Shown: positions 53,301 to 64,000 of the stretch, one piece after another
Layout of the letters: each line of letters starts with the position of its first letter
How positions within the stretch are numbered: position 1 is the stretch's first letter
Source of the DNA: Balanoglossus misakiensis
Taxonomy: Eukaryota; Animalia; Hemichordata
Direction: 5' to 3'
Length of the DNA: 64,000 nucleotides
Assembly (NCBI GenBank): GCA_040954595.2
Contig: CM082591.2
Location: 3,457,957-3,521,956 of the forward strand
Program-made: the position numbers and the translations under genes
Notes under the pieces: model-generated
What the model saw: the letters and a program-made list of their open reading frames with translations, nothing else
Told to the model about the DNA's origin: nothing
The model's database searches: none

Positions 53301-56300
53301 AAAATCTCGATAAACAAGCATTGTATTGTTCTCGAGTGGATTGAATGATAAAATTCACACAAATATCCTGTCATTTCAGGCAAATTACCGCTGCCACCGG
53401 TTGCAATTATCGGCACTTTCATGAAGTTATCATTTGTATATTGTACTTATGAAAGAAGTCTATCTACGGGTGCCATTGTCATGATGTAGGTACTATTTAT
53501 TGGAGGGTGGGGATAGTCATTCTTTCCAACATCACGGTAGAATTTACCTTGGAAAGATTTTTAAGTCTAACTTTGAAGAGAGCATTTAATTGCTGTCGAG
53601 CAGATCATAATTTCACTGATTCATGGAGAAGGCGCCCCCTTTGACAACATTTGATCGCCAATTCAAAATTTAAGAATAAGCCCTTCTTGAAATAATCAAG
53701 GCGTTTAGTAGCCATTACTTGTCACATGGGTGCATACGAGACGTTAAAAGATTTTCTCCGAGCGTCTACTTATTATTTTATTTCAGATGTATAACATCAT
53801 TACTGGTCTTTTTTGTCGTCTGTGGGACGATTTACGAATACTATAAAATGAGAACAGCTAAGGAAACCGAGGAAACAATTGATAATGTTATGGACGACGC
53901 CAATGAACAGAATGAGAATGAATGTAAGTTAGTGTCTGTCTGTATGTATGTATAACTGTCAAATGACCACGCCCACGCAATCTAATACATTCACACAATG
54001 ACACACCTACAGTGACACGCACAATAGGTTTGCAGTAGCAGAGAATCACCCCAACCTTGCCTAAAACCGCCCATGTCGTCACCACTTTGCCCCCTCTACT
54101 ATTAAATGATTAATCTGAAGAGTTCTATTTATTCTGTGGATTTTCTGATATCAACGCAGACTCCTCAATCGATAGAGTTGAATTTTGCGCAATCTGACTT
54201 GTTCGGACAAGTCGAAATTTGCAAATAATCACAAATTATCATAATCTCTGATGGAAACGTGTTGAGGATGATTGATAATTTTTGCCATTACATATTTGAA
54301 TGAATTTATTTAAATGGTACAAATCATAAAGGTCGCCGCGCTTACGCCATGACTCTCTATTTTAACATCAAGTCACGTTTATTTACATATTTGTGCTTTG
54401 TTTCACATACTGTAATTATATGGGTATATCATTGTCATTCTATAGGATATTATAAATAACCATATCAACTTGAGTATAGACTAGATCAATGCATACTTCA
54501 CTATCTCCAGCTATAAATAAAACGTCTCAAGAAGATCACAATCTAGATATATTTGCCTCCGGTCAATGACACACCTTCAGACAATTAACTAGATTTAATG
54601 ATTTTAAATTCTTACATGTTGGCACAAGCTGACTGATAGTTGTGACCAATAGTGGGAACATGTCGAGGAAGAACAATCGTTTCAAAATTTACATAGTGCA
54701 TTGATTTAATCATATGCTGTCTGTGTACAATTTAATGGGGGTCGTTCAAACAATTCGAAATCAGATTTTCTGTCTTGATTTGCCTCAGATATCTAAAGTA
54801 GACGATGGTCTTCACCCTTGCTTCTTCGACTATCCGAGTATATGTATCCCTTTATATAAATTCCCTTTATTTCTACAGCAATATGGAAAGAACTTCTCCT
54901 GTCCTTCTCCGCCATAAGTAACGGATCACGGATCCTCGACGCAACCGCAGTAGATCATGGGGTTCATACAATGAGGGCGTTGTATGGCTTCCGCGTGCTC
55001 TCCTTTTGGTGGGTTCTACTTGGGCAGACTTTTTCATTTAACGCACGTTTTATGTGTAAGTATGAACAGCGTATTACCTCTATCAATAGTTTAGTGTGTT
55101 TTCAGTGTCTTTTTGGTTCAGAGTGTCAAGTAAAACCACCACAAGGTGTCTCGAATAGGTATCATTCTAACAGAATCGATCAATAATTCGGAAAATGTAT
55201 TCCAATCGTATTTCAGATAATTTCTTCGACATAAGCGTTATTTTGGATTTCATATTCTCGCAGGCGTCGATGAATTACAGGTTTGCCGAAGATTCCTTTT
55301 TCCTCTTGAGGTACGTAAAATATTTTTCCACCAGCTTTCCACTTTAGATCGGCCTTTCACGTTATATCATTAATTCTCAATCTGTTTCAATACAGTGGTC
55401 TCTTAATCACCTACTATTCCTTATCAAGACTTCACGAAGAGGGCAGGGAGAACTGGTTTTATTTCTACATCCATCGCATATGGAGGTAAGCATTGATGCG
55501 TTATCACACCATAGGACAAGTACAGTACAATTTATTCTTTTTCGCGTGGTCAATTGTTGCATTTTGGCACAGTGAAACTCACCATCTACAGACTTTAAAG
55601 GCGCACTTGGCATATAATTTAACACAACTATCGGTATTCTTATTGATGAAGAAATCTATGTACGGACTTATGATACAGTTTTCAATTATGACAATGTCAA
55701 TACACCAGCTTGTATTGATACACAACTAAGCAATGGACACTTTGTATATTTCATTTATCTACCATTTGGACAGACTGAGCGCTCCATACTTCCTCGCATT
55801 TTTCGGCTATATCTACCTCATCAAGTATTTGTGTACGGGCCCCTTGCAACACTATCTCCACGAGGACCTACAAGCCTGCTACGACAACTGGTGGTCGTAC
55901 ATCCTCTACATGAACAACTTGTACCCGTTTCCCGGAAACCTGACTAAAACGGCAAGTCTCATTACACGCTTTTTGTGTCTCAAACAATCAATGTCCTGCC
56001 ATCTTAAAGGGGAAGGGTCGTCTGTACTGCACATGCGCGACTTTTATGTTTATAAACACATCATCACTATTCAGAGGGACCCTGCCAACATATACACATT
56101 ATATCAAAGTAAACTTGGAATTCAATATACAGTAACGACAACTTGTCTGCCATGATGAACACTGTAATACAAAGTAACAGCCGCAGTGTTTCCAATGGTG
56201 TACATTGTAGCAGTCACACTTTGCGCCAACTTTTACAAGCTAGCAACTGTGTCATACGGGATTCATACCCGCAGACGGGACTTGTCCCCCCTTTAAAAGT

Positions 56301-58520
56301 ATGTTGTCAAGATTGGGAAGTGGGACTCAGTCGTGTTAATTTTTCAATGTTGCAAATGATGATGATGATGATGATGATGATTTTTACAGTGCGCTCCATG
56401 GTTTTGGTTTATGGCCTGTTTGATGCAGTTTTATATAATATCGCCGCCAATTATCTATTTACTGTACAGGTGGGTGGCCAGTTTATTTTGTATGAGTGAT
56501 ACATTTCCACTTATTAATCAGTCACATATCCAACAAAAAGGTTTTTGCATTTTTAACATGTAAAATGCCTTGTGTCCAGATGGTATTCGCGTTATGGACA
56601 CTGTGTGTGAAAACTAGCAAAGACTGACGTTACTTTTGAGTTAGCATATTTTAACATGCAAAATGTAATTTTTTGTCAAGATACACAAACGCTCTTTGTG
56701 CTCATTGAAATTGTTATTTCAGATGGGCCCCCATTGGTCTCGGGACAGTCGCGGGTTTGATTGGAGTGTGCGTGGCATGTACAACTGCCATAGCTAACCA
56801 TTATCACATGCCCATCAGCGTCTCGCAGATATTCAATGGGTGAGTCTGACCTCTGTTTATATTGCTATCGTCGCAGTCATCAGTAATCGATAATGTCCAG
56901 CTAACACTGGTGAATCCAGCTCGAACAACTGTCTGCTAATATATGACTGTCTGCTGACTGCGTTGTAAGGTTTAAGATTTTTTTTCGGGCACAGGTACAT
57001 GGATTTGACTGACCCAGCAAGTGTACATGCTCTCGACGATTACATCGAGACCAAACCTTACTGTAGGATGACACCGTACCTTGTGGGCATGGCAATCGGC
57101 TACTTGATTGTAAAATACGGAAAGACAGTTAAAATAGGAAAGGTAATATGTGCACCTGTGACTAAAAAACGCAGTCGTGTTTTATAGCCAAATGTTCTTG
57201 GTGACCATAAGGAACTTGCTAACTGAAAGTTATATAAATTAATCAACAAGGGTTTTCATTGGTCTGGGCAGGTCGTCAGCGTTTTGTGTTGGGCTATCTC
57301 GACTTTCGTAGCTTTAGCCATCATCTATGGTCTGTACTGGACTTATCAGGGATACGAACTGACTGAGCCGCTGACCCTGTTCTACCACGCATGCAGTAAA
57401 TTAGGTTACTCTCTCGCAGTGGGCTGGGTGGTATACGCATGCGTTACAGGAAATGCTGGTAAGTGCCAGAATTGCCGTAGATTCGTATATGCCCCATCTT
57501 TCAGGCGGTTGTTTATGCTATGTAAGGCTTCAGTGCGCATGATTTTCTACAGTCAGTCTAGTACTGGTCACTTTATCTTTCGTTCAGACTGATTTCATTT
57601 TTGCTGTGGGTACCGATGTCCACTTATAGTTTCCACTAGCCTGCTAGCGTCATTCTAGTCTATCGCACAAGTATTCGCTTTCAATTTTCAGATAAAATCA
57701 ACAGATTTCTGTCCTGGAAGTTTTGGCGCCCTTTGCATCGACTGACGTTCAGTGCTTACCTTCTGCATGCCTTCGCCTTTGATATGTACATATACAACAG
57801 CGACACACTTTTCTTCTTGAGCTTCGCTAATATGGTAAGTCACAAACCCTGTTGTTACGCCACAACTGCAACGCCATATATAGTCTGTAACAAATTACAA
57901 AATCAGGTTGAATACTAACTCGTTCTATCTCACAGTAGTTCCTGTGGACATCATTTGAATGTTCGTGTGGTGGAAATAAAACTCTGAATTGAATTATTGT
58001 CAGCTTGATCCATTTGCTTTTAGATTAAGCTGTTAACATGGAGATGGTGGCCATTTTGAATTTGAAATTTGAGACAGTGTTGCTATCTCGTTCAAAATTT
58101 TGCGCGGTGATCTAATTGTTTTATTCTCAAAAATCTATATGCGAGAAAGTTTAAGACTTTGATTTTCGAGGCGCATTCTACATGAACCTTAAACAGCAAT
58201 AGTTGATTCTTTTTATTTTCTAACCCGGATGTCAGATCACAATAGCCTGTGAGGGTACATCTGTTTCATACTAGTTTTTAATAGACGCATATAGGTTATT
58301 TTAGCAGCTTTTCTGATTATTCTGCACCTCGCATGTTTCTCTCGCCCTATAGACGTACATCTACGCTTCCTACGTAGGAATTGCCTACACGGCCGCCTTC
58401 TTGTTCGCGCTGATCGTCGAGAAACCGATGCTGAGGATAGATGGCGTCCTTTACAGGAAATGGAAACACCGGAAGTCGGCAAGAGCGGAGTTGGCGCAGC
58501 CGCAAAGCCACGACCCGTAA
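50399..58520 (+). CDS. NRF-6/O-acyltransferase-like multipass membrane protein B
   Basis: 15 exons: 50399-50696, 52474-52622, 52908-53001, 53380-53485, 53787-53923, 54879-55055, 55217-55310, 55396-55485, 55774-55951, 56390-56469, 56723-56839, 56995-57142, 57272-57458, 57692-57834, 58353-58520. Motifs MMDSMGKFPSG, GICVPESCSEDEV, YGFRVLS, EDSFFLLSGLL, HRIWRL, TKPYCRMTPYLVG, FLSWKFWRPLHRLTFSAYLLH, VEKPM. The model needs one GC-AG intron (55952-56389). Confidence 0.88.
52104..52431. mobile_element. MITE with imperfect terminal inverted repeats and TTAA ends (Kolobok-like, inferred)
   Basis: Left TTAAAGGGTAGGGATCGCCTTATGCGCATGTGC; reverse complement of the right end shares ATCGCCTTATGCG and ends TTAA. 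Confidence 0.6.
56004..56296. mobile_element. MITE with TTAAAGGGG...CCCCTTTAA termini inside the GC-AG intron of paralog B
   Basis: TTAAAGGGGAAGGGTCGTCTG at left and CAGACGGGACTTGTCCCCCCTTTAA at right form imperfect inverted termini. Confidence 0.55.
58040..58192. repeat. Dispersed repeat fragment (ATGG[CT]GGCCATTTTGAATTT...CCTTAA), second copy at ~63580-63700
   Basis: Two clearly similar segments in non-equivalent introns of paralogs B and C, both ending CCTTAA. Confidence 0.55.
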
Positions 58521-59311
58521 CCGGAGGCCATGATTCATCCTGATTCAGGCGCATGCGTGTCAAAGTGCAATATGTGTGGACAGAACAGTGACGGTAACGT
58601 TTTGCAACTGTTCACGTAACGGTGCAAACCATTGAAGGAGTAAATGAAGAAACTTTGATTATATATTCCCCTGGACTAGCATGTTGGCATTGTCAAGCAT
58701 ACTAAAGATGATATTTTGCTGTTTACACGGAATGCAATAGTCCGATTTTAATTAAAGTTTTGCTTTTATATATCCGGAGAATTAATTTGCTACATACCAA
58801 TGCAAGTGCTATGTATACTACATTAGTAAAAGTGTGAGGAATAATGTTACCTGGCAAGTACTTTTAATCCAATTTTTAAAATTGCGACGCATTTTGAAGT
58901 TTGACAAATACATCTGCCAGGAACCAATGTAAGATATTTACAGTTTTTATTTCATTAAACAATAAAATGAAAAAATAGTTTTGCCTTTTGTGTCCTATAT
59001 ACGATTGGTGGAAACATATTACGACCGACTGCAATTGCAATATCATAATTAATATATTGTAATAATTTTCAAAGACAGGCAAGCCCTAAAGCCCATGAAA
59101 CGAGGTATAGTAATTTGCCTGGAAAATGGAATTTTGAAAAACACAGCCATTCGAACACCACAGGTACCTAAATAGAATCAAACAATGCGTTTTTGTATAA
59201 TCCTGTTTCATACAAGGACGAATGATAACCATCAAATTGATGAGATAAGCAGTGCGTCTGAAATCTGACCTCGTGACAACGCTAAATCAATGGCCGTGAA
59301 GTAACACAAAC

Positions 59312-62300
59312 ATGTCGTCCCCGACGCCGTTTCCCATTTTATTTCAAGTACTCTTTGCTCTTCTCGCGACACCTGACGTCTTTGACGTTGTCGTCAGCGG
59401 TGAAGCCTTCATGAAGGACGACGTGATCCCTGGCCTCGATTCGCTTCAACGCCTCTCGCGAAAATATGACGACCGTCGAGCTGCTTCACCGACGGCCTGG
59501 ATGTCGGAATCCTGCTCGGGTTACTGTGACAAACCCCCCGAGGAAACTCATGGTATCACCCCGCAGTGCTACTGTGACGTGTGTCAGTACAACGAAGACC
59601 TTGGAAATCGCAAAACCTATGCCATGGAAAGTATGTATTTTTGTTTCGCACCCTTTTAAGTGGTATAATAACACCGTTGTTTTTCCATTTCGCCGTATAA
59701 TCTGTATCAAAGTTCATGCTAGCCTAGATTACAAAAAGCTTCACCCTTCTTTGCCAAACAACATGTTAACGGAAATATCGATCAGCTTGTCAGTGTTCAT
59801 TTCTAGCCGGTACATCATCTACACATGATGTGGTAGATGAGAATCGCTCTTAAAAACGGCACATGCAACCTTGACGTAAGAGGTAGTATTCATACAAACA
59901 GGCATCGATAACTGTTTTGATTTTTGCAGTGGTAAATCATTAACTTGTATGCTCTAGTAGCCCACTTACTTGTAGGTGGTCATGCGACATCTATGCAAAC
60001 AGTCAGATCAACGTCTGAATTCGAAGGTCACCACTTGGGTTGATAGAGGGCGTACTTGTTCGTTTTACAGGGACAAATGTGAAGTCCAACAGTGGTGTTA
60101 GTATTGTGATCACATCTCACAGTATGTGAAAACCTGAAAAAAAATAAAACTGTTGATGTGGCACTGTGTACATTACCTGGCGGGATTAATTAATTATTGT
60201 TTTCAAGATAAATGCGTATTTCATAAAACGACGTAGAAAACACAAAGGATGGTCTTATAGGGAACTGGCTTATCAATGCAAATCGCAATGAATATACCAA
60301 CACAATCACAACGGGTGCCCTTATCTGATATAGCCGAAATGTTTTCAGTTTGTTATCAATCTTCGCATGATCTCAAACGACATGTGGGGCAAAAGATAAC
60401 CAGTCCGGATTAATCCAAAACTCGTGAGTTCAAAAAAAACTAGGTCAAATCCACTGAATAAGAATGTGAAAACAACTGATATAACCCAGGGCGATGATAT
60501 TCATGAATGATAACATCTTGACCGCGCAGGAAAAATACCGCTCACGGAAGATAAAATAACGCACTTACCAACAAAGGTGTACTGATTGATGATAAACACA
60601 TTGATTGAAACAACACGTAGTCGACCTCGTTCTGTTATAGGAATTGTCTGTAGTACGTCCATACAACCACCGCGAGCCGAGTTATCTTCTATCCCATTCC
60701 CAGATGTTTCACGGTGTTCTGAAACTCCGCTTTGCTTCAAAACTAGCTGTGTTCAGTATCCAAATAAACGCCAATATCGTCACGGTATTTAAGTATGGAA
60801 AACAACTGAGGAAAACGCCACTGCTTCTGTCTGTCTTGTAGTCTTCCTTCCACGTGGCCGGTTTGTGCCGTGACCTCAAGATTATGCAATCGGTTAACTC
60901 AAAATTGCAACTTGTTCTCTTTATTATGTAAATTATTTTACCCCAGCTGTGTGGTCACACTAAATGCAGAGTTCATGATCCATAAAAAATATATGGATTT
61001 GCCTGTCATCATTTACCTCTATGATTCACCAACATCTCAAGAAATAAATTTTCATAATTTTGGGGCGGAAGATGACCCGACCCACTACGCAACCTAGTAC
61101 CTATGTCTTGCTTGCTTGACATATGTTGATGATGACATGACCACGTGGAAGGAGCGTTCTGTGCACGTGCGTGTGGAGAACGAAAACAACTACGTGCGCG
61201 ACAATGTTAAATGCGCATGCCCAAGGAAGCCGCGGCAGCGCCCCCAGTCAAAGTATCGACTAAGAGGCGGCAAGTTGTCTCACTGGAAACTAAAAAATAA
61301 AATCAAGAGCAGTCCATGGAAGTCCCAAGTTAAAACACACAAAACTATTTCGACGAATTGCAGAAAAATAAAGTGGTCTTAACTTTAACTATATTAACAA
61401 TTCAAAGTCAAAATTGTAAGACAATGGCAAGTCTTATGTCAAGCGAAATGATTACATGTAATATGATTATCAAATTATTGTCCATCTTCCAGTGTTTGAT
61501 TCCCAGGGAAGGTTTCCTTCCGGATTACTGAAGCTGAATCTGAAATGGACTGGCACGTACACAGAATGTAGACGTGTCAGAGACGTGGTGATTGAAACCA
61601 ACACGATCGACGGACAGTATTGCTTGGTCGGTGTGTTCCCGATGCAGGAGGTAGATCTTTTTCTCTCTCAGTGGCTGAATTCGTCCACCGTTTTCCTTGT
61701 GTGCGTATACATACATACATACATACATACTCTACAATATTTGCTTACCGTTTCAGAATACGACAGTTTCATCCAGTTTGATAGACATTGGTATATGTGT
61801 ACCGAATAGTTGCAGTGAAGAAGACGTTCGGAAACTTCTTAAAGAGGGTGATGAAGAAATCTATTCGTTTGCCCTTGGCCTTCCCCTACACATTGTTCAT
61901 TATAAATAATTTTATTTAATACATAAAATATACAATATCTTAAGTTTGGATTAACTAAGCCTGTATTACATACAGTCTCACGCAGTCAACATCTGATTTA
62001 TTCAACTTTTCTGTTAAAATCCAGTTCCTTAATATTCTTTCTTGTCTGTTCCCAGATCTCATACCTCTGTCTGGACTTGTCGCTTTACTTAATCTTCCAG
62101 TTAACCTGATGAATGTATTTTGTACCTACGACAATGGGTTGTCCACTGGTGCCATTGTGATGATGTAAGGGTGTCATTTTTTGCTGTTGCTTAGTTTTTA
62201 TAGAACATTGAACTGCAACGTTTGGTAATTTGCAGACTCAAAATATGTATCAATCTTCACAGGAGTTCTTTCCATTTATCAACTTAACAACACATCCCTA

Positions 62301-63968
62301 CTGAACTACATAGTCATTGACTTTTAAAACTTATGTAATTAAACATGTGCGTGAAATCATTAAAACACTGACGTACCTTTCGTTATACGCACAGCTGCAT
62401 CACGGGAGTTTTATTGCTCCTCGTTATCTGTGGTTCCTCCTACGAACAATACAAATTGCTCAAAACAAGGAAAACTGAGGAGTATTCGCCGACGGATGCT
62501 GTTGAAATGAACTTTGAACTTCGGAAAAGATTGGAAATAGACGTACCTACGGCGGACAATACTTCAGGAACAACAACTGTGCAAGACGCCACTGGTACTA
62601 CGACAAGTAGGTCGATAAAATTGATTGGCGAATATGTATTTCTTGTGTGGGACTATACATAATTTAAAATAACCTAGAATATACATAATCTGCATATCAA
62701 GCTAGCCTATCATCGGAAATGCTAAAACCGATTGGTGTAACGACTGGGATAGTGCAGTGCCCAGACTGACTCGCTTCACAGAAAATCACACGTCCATTTC
62801 AGCTCTGTGGGAAGACTACTTGGTCTCGTTCTCGGTCATCAGTAATGGCGCCCACATCCTGAACGCCTGTGACGTGGACAGCGAAGAGCGTGGGTTGTTG
62901 TCGCTGCATGGAATCCGTGTTATATCCATTATCTGGATGATATTAGGCCAGAGCCTTCTTTTGGCGGCAGAATTTTTCTGTGAGTAGTTTCAAACATCTT
63001 CTACTTCACAAGTGTTTGGTCGCGTTTCCTCAGTTGTCTGTTCACCACCAACGTTCGAAAGTGGACATCGAAAGTAGTGTCGGGAAAAATGTTGGCCATT
63101 GCACGGCCATTTTCGCCAAGAAATTGGAAGAATGGCCTAATCATAGTCAATGTATATTCCGTGAATCAGGGCGATCTACTAATTATTTTACCGTGTACAT
63201 ACTTATGTTACAGGCAATCCCCTTAACGTCACATTCATCCTAGAGTTTGCGCTTGCGCAACCCGCTGTTTACTTCATGTATTGTGAGGATACACTTCTAC
63301 TTCTCAGGTAATGATTACACGTGTATAACGTCAGGGATAATTTCTTCCATTCTTTTTGTCTACTTATACGTCCTGAGACGCCAACTGTTGGTAATACTAT
63401 AATATTAAACATTAAAAGATAATATTGATTGAAAATGAAACTTATTTGATTATTTTCCAGTGGATTTCTGGTGACTTACTACTGTGTTTCTAGGATCCAA
63501 ACTCACGGCAAAGGCAGTTGGGTTCAATACTATATACACTGCATCTGGAAGTATGTTCTTCATTTTTTGCCAAAGAGAATGATGGCGGCCATTTTGAATT
63601 TCAAATTTGAGACAATTCTGTCCTCTCACTCAAAATTTCGCACTGTAACCCTCAATTTTTGAGCAAAATATGAGAAAAGGCGAGGCTCAAACTACCTTAA
63701 CACGTTTCGGTACAGAATTCTTAGTCGCTCGTTTATCGCCTATGGTGAATTAATTGAATACTTCTTCCCCCCCCCCCCACTATCTTCTAGACTCTCTCCT
63801 GCCTACTATCTGGCACTGTTTGCATTCATGTACATGGCGGAATACTTCATAGATGGTCCCTTAAAGTTTTACCACTACCGACACATGGATACCTGCTACG
63901 AGAATTGGTGGGCTAATGTACTTTACATTAATAATCTCTATCCCTTCCCGGGAAATTTGGCTGAACAG
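59312..63968 (+). CDS. NRF-6/O-acyltransferase-like multipass membrane protein C (partial, continues past window end)
   Basis: Exons 59312-59630, 61493-61650, 61757-61847, 62056-62164, 62395-62606, 62803-62979, 63214-63307, 63461-63550, 63791-63968. Intron positions match paralog B. Motifs MFDSQGRFPSG, GICVPNSCSEEDV, HGIRVIS, SGFLVTY, CYENWWANVLYINNLYPFPGN. Confidence 0.87.
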
Positions 63969-64000
63969 GTCAGTACAGTTCAGCAAATTTTGAACATTGA

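Noticed and set aside
59500-59600. SCSGYC...CYCDVC in paralog C looks like the start of a somatomedin-B domain
   Set aside because: It lacks the C-terminal CC..DY...C half and aligns with the first NRF-domain helix of paralog B (ERCLRDVCRFEEDL), so it is better explained as extra NRF-proximal cysteines.

Overview
Eukaryotic, AT-rich, intron-rich animal genomic DNA; gene content and repeats suggest an invertebrate deuterostome such as an acorn worm, but that is inference only. Positions 1-26.3 kb (minus strand) hold a PLEKHA5/6/7 (kramer)-like gene (WW-WW-PH plus coiled coils) that runs off the left edge. An intron-containing tRNA-Arg(TCT) lies at 27.8 kb. From 29.3-39.8 kb are three tandem 4-exon type I membrane genes. 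Each has one TNFR-type cysteine-rich domain with an unusually long (36-37 aa) first loop, no death domain and a short tail ending in Val. From 41.5 kb to the right edge are three tandem NRF-6/O-acyltransferase-like (NRF domain + Acyl_transf_3) genes. All three have intact reading frames but lack the conserved R-X10-H histidine, and the two complete copies also lack the conserved acidic residue of the W-Y-L-x-x-D/E-x-Q motif, so they look like a pseudo-enzyme clade. Introns carry short inverted-repeat elements, microsatellites, two tandem duplications of 5' splice sites and probable GC-AG introns. Exon boundaries were worked out by hand from GT/AG sites and reading-frame phase.
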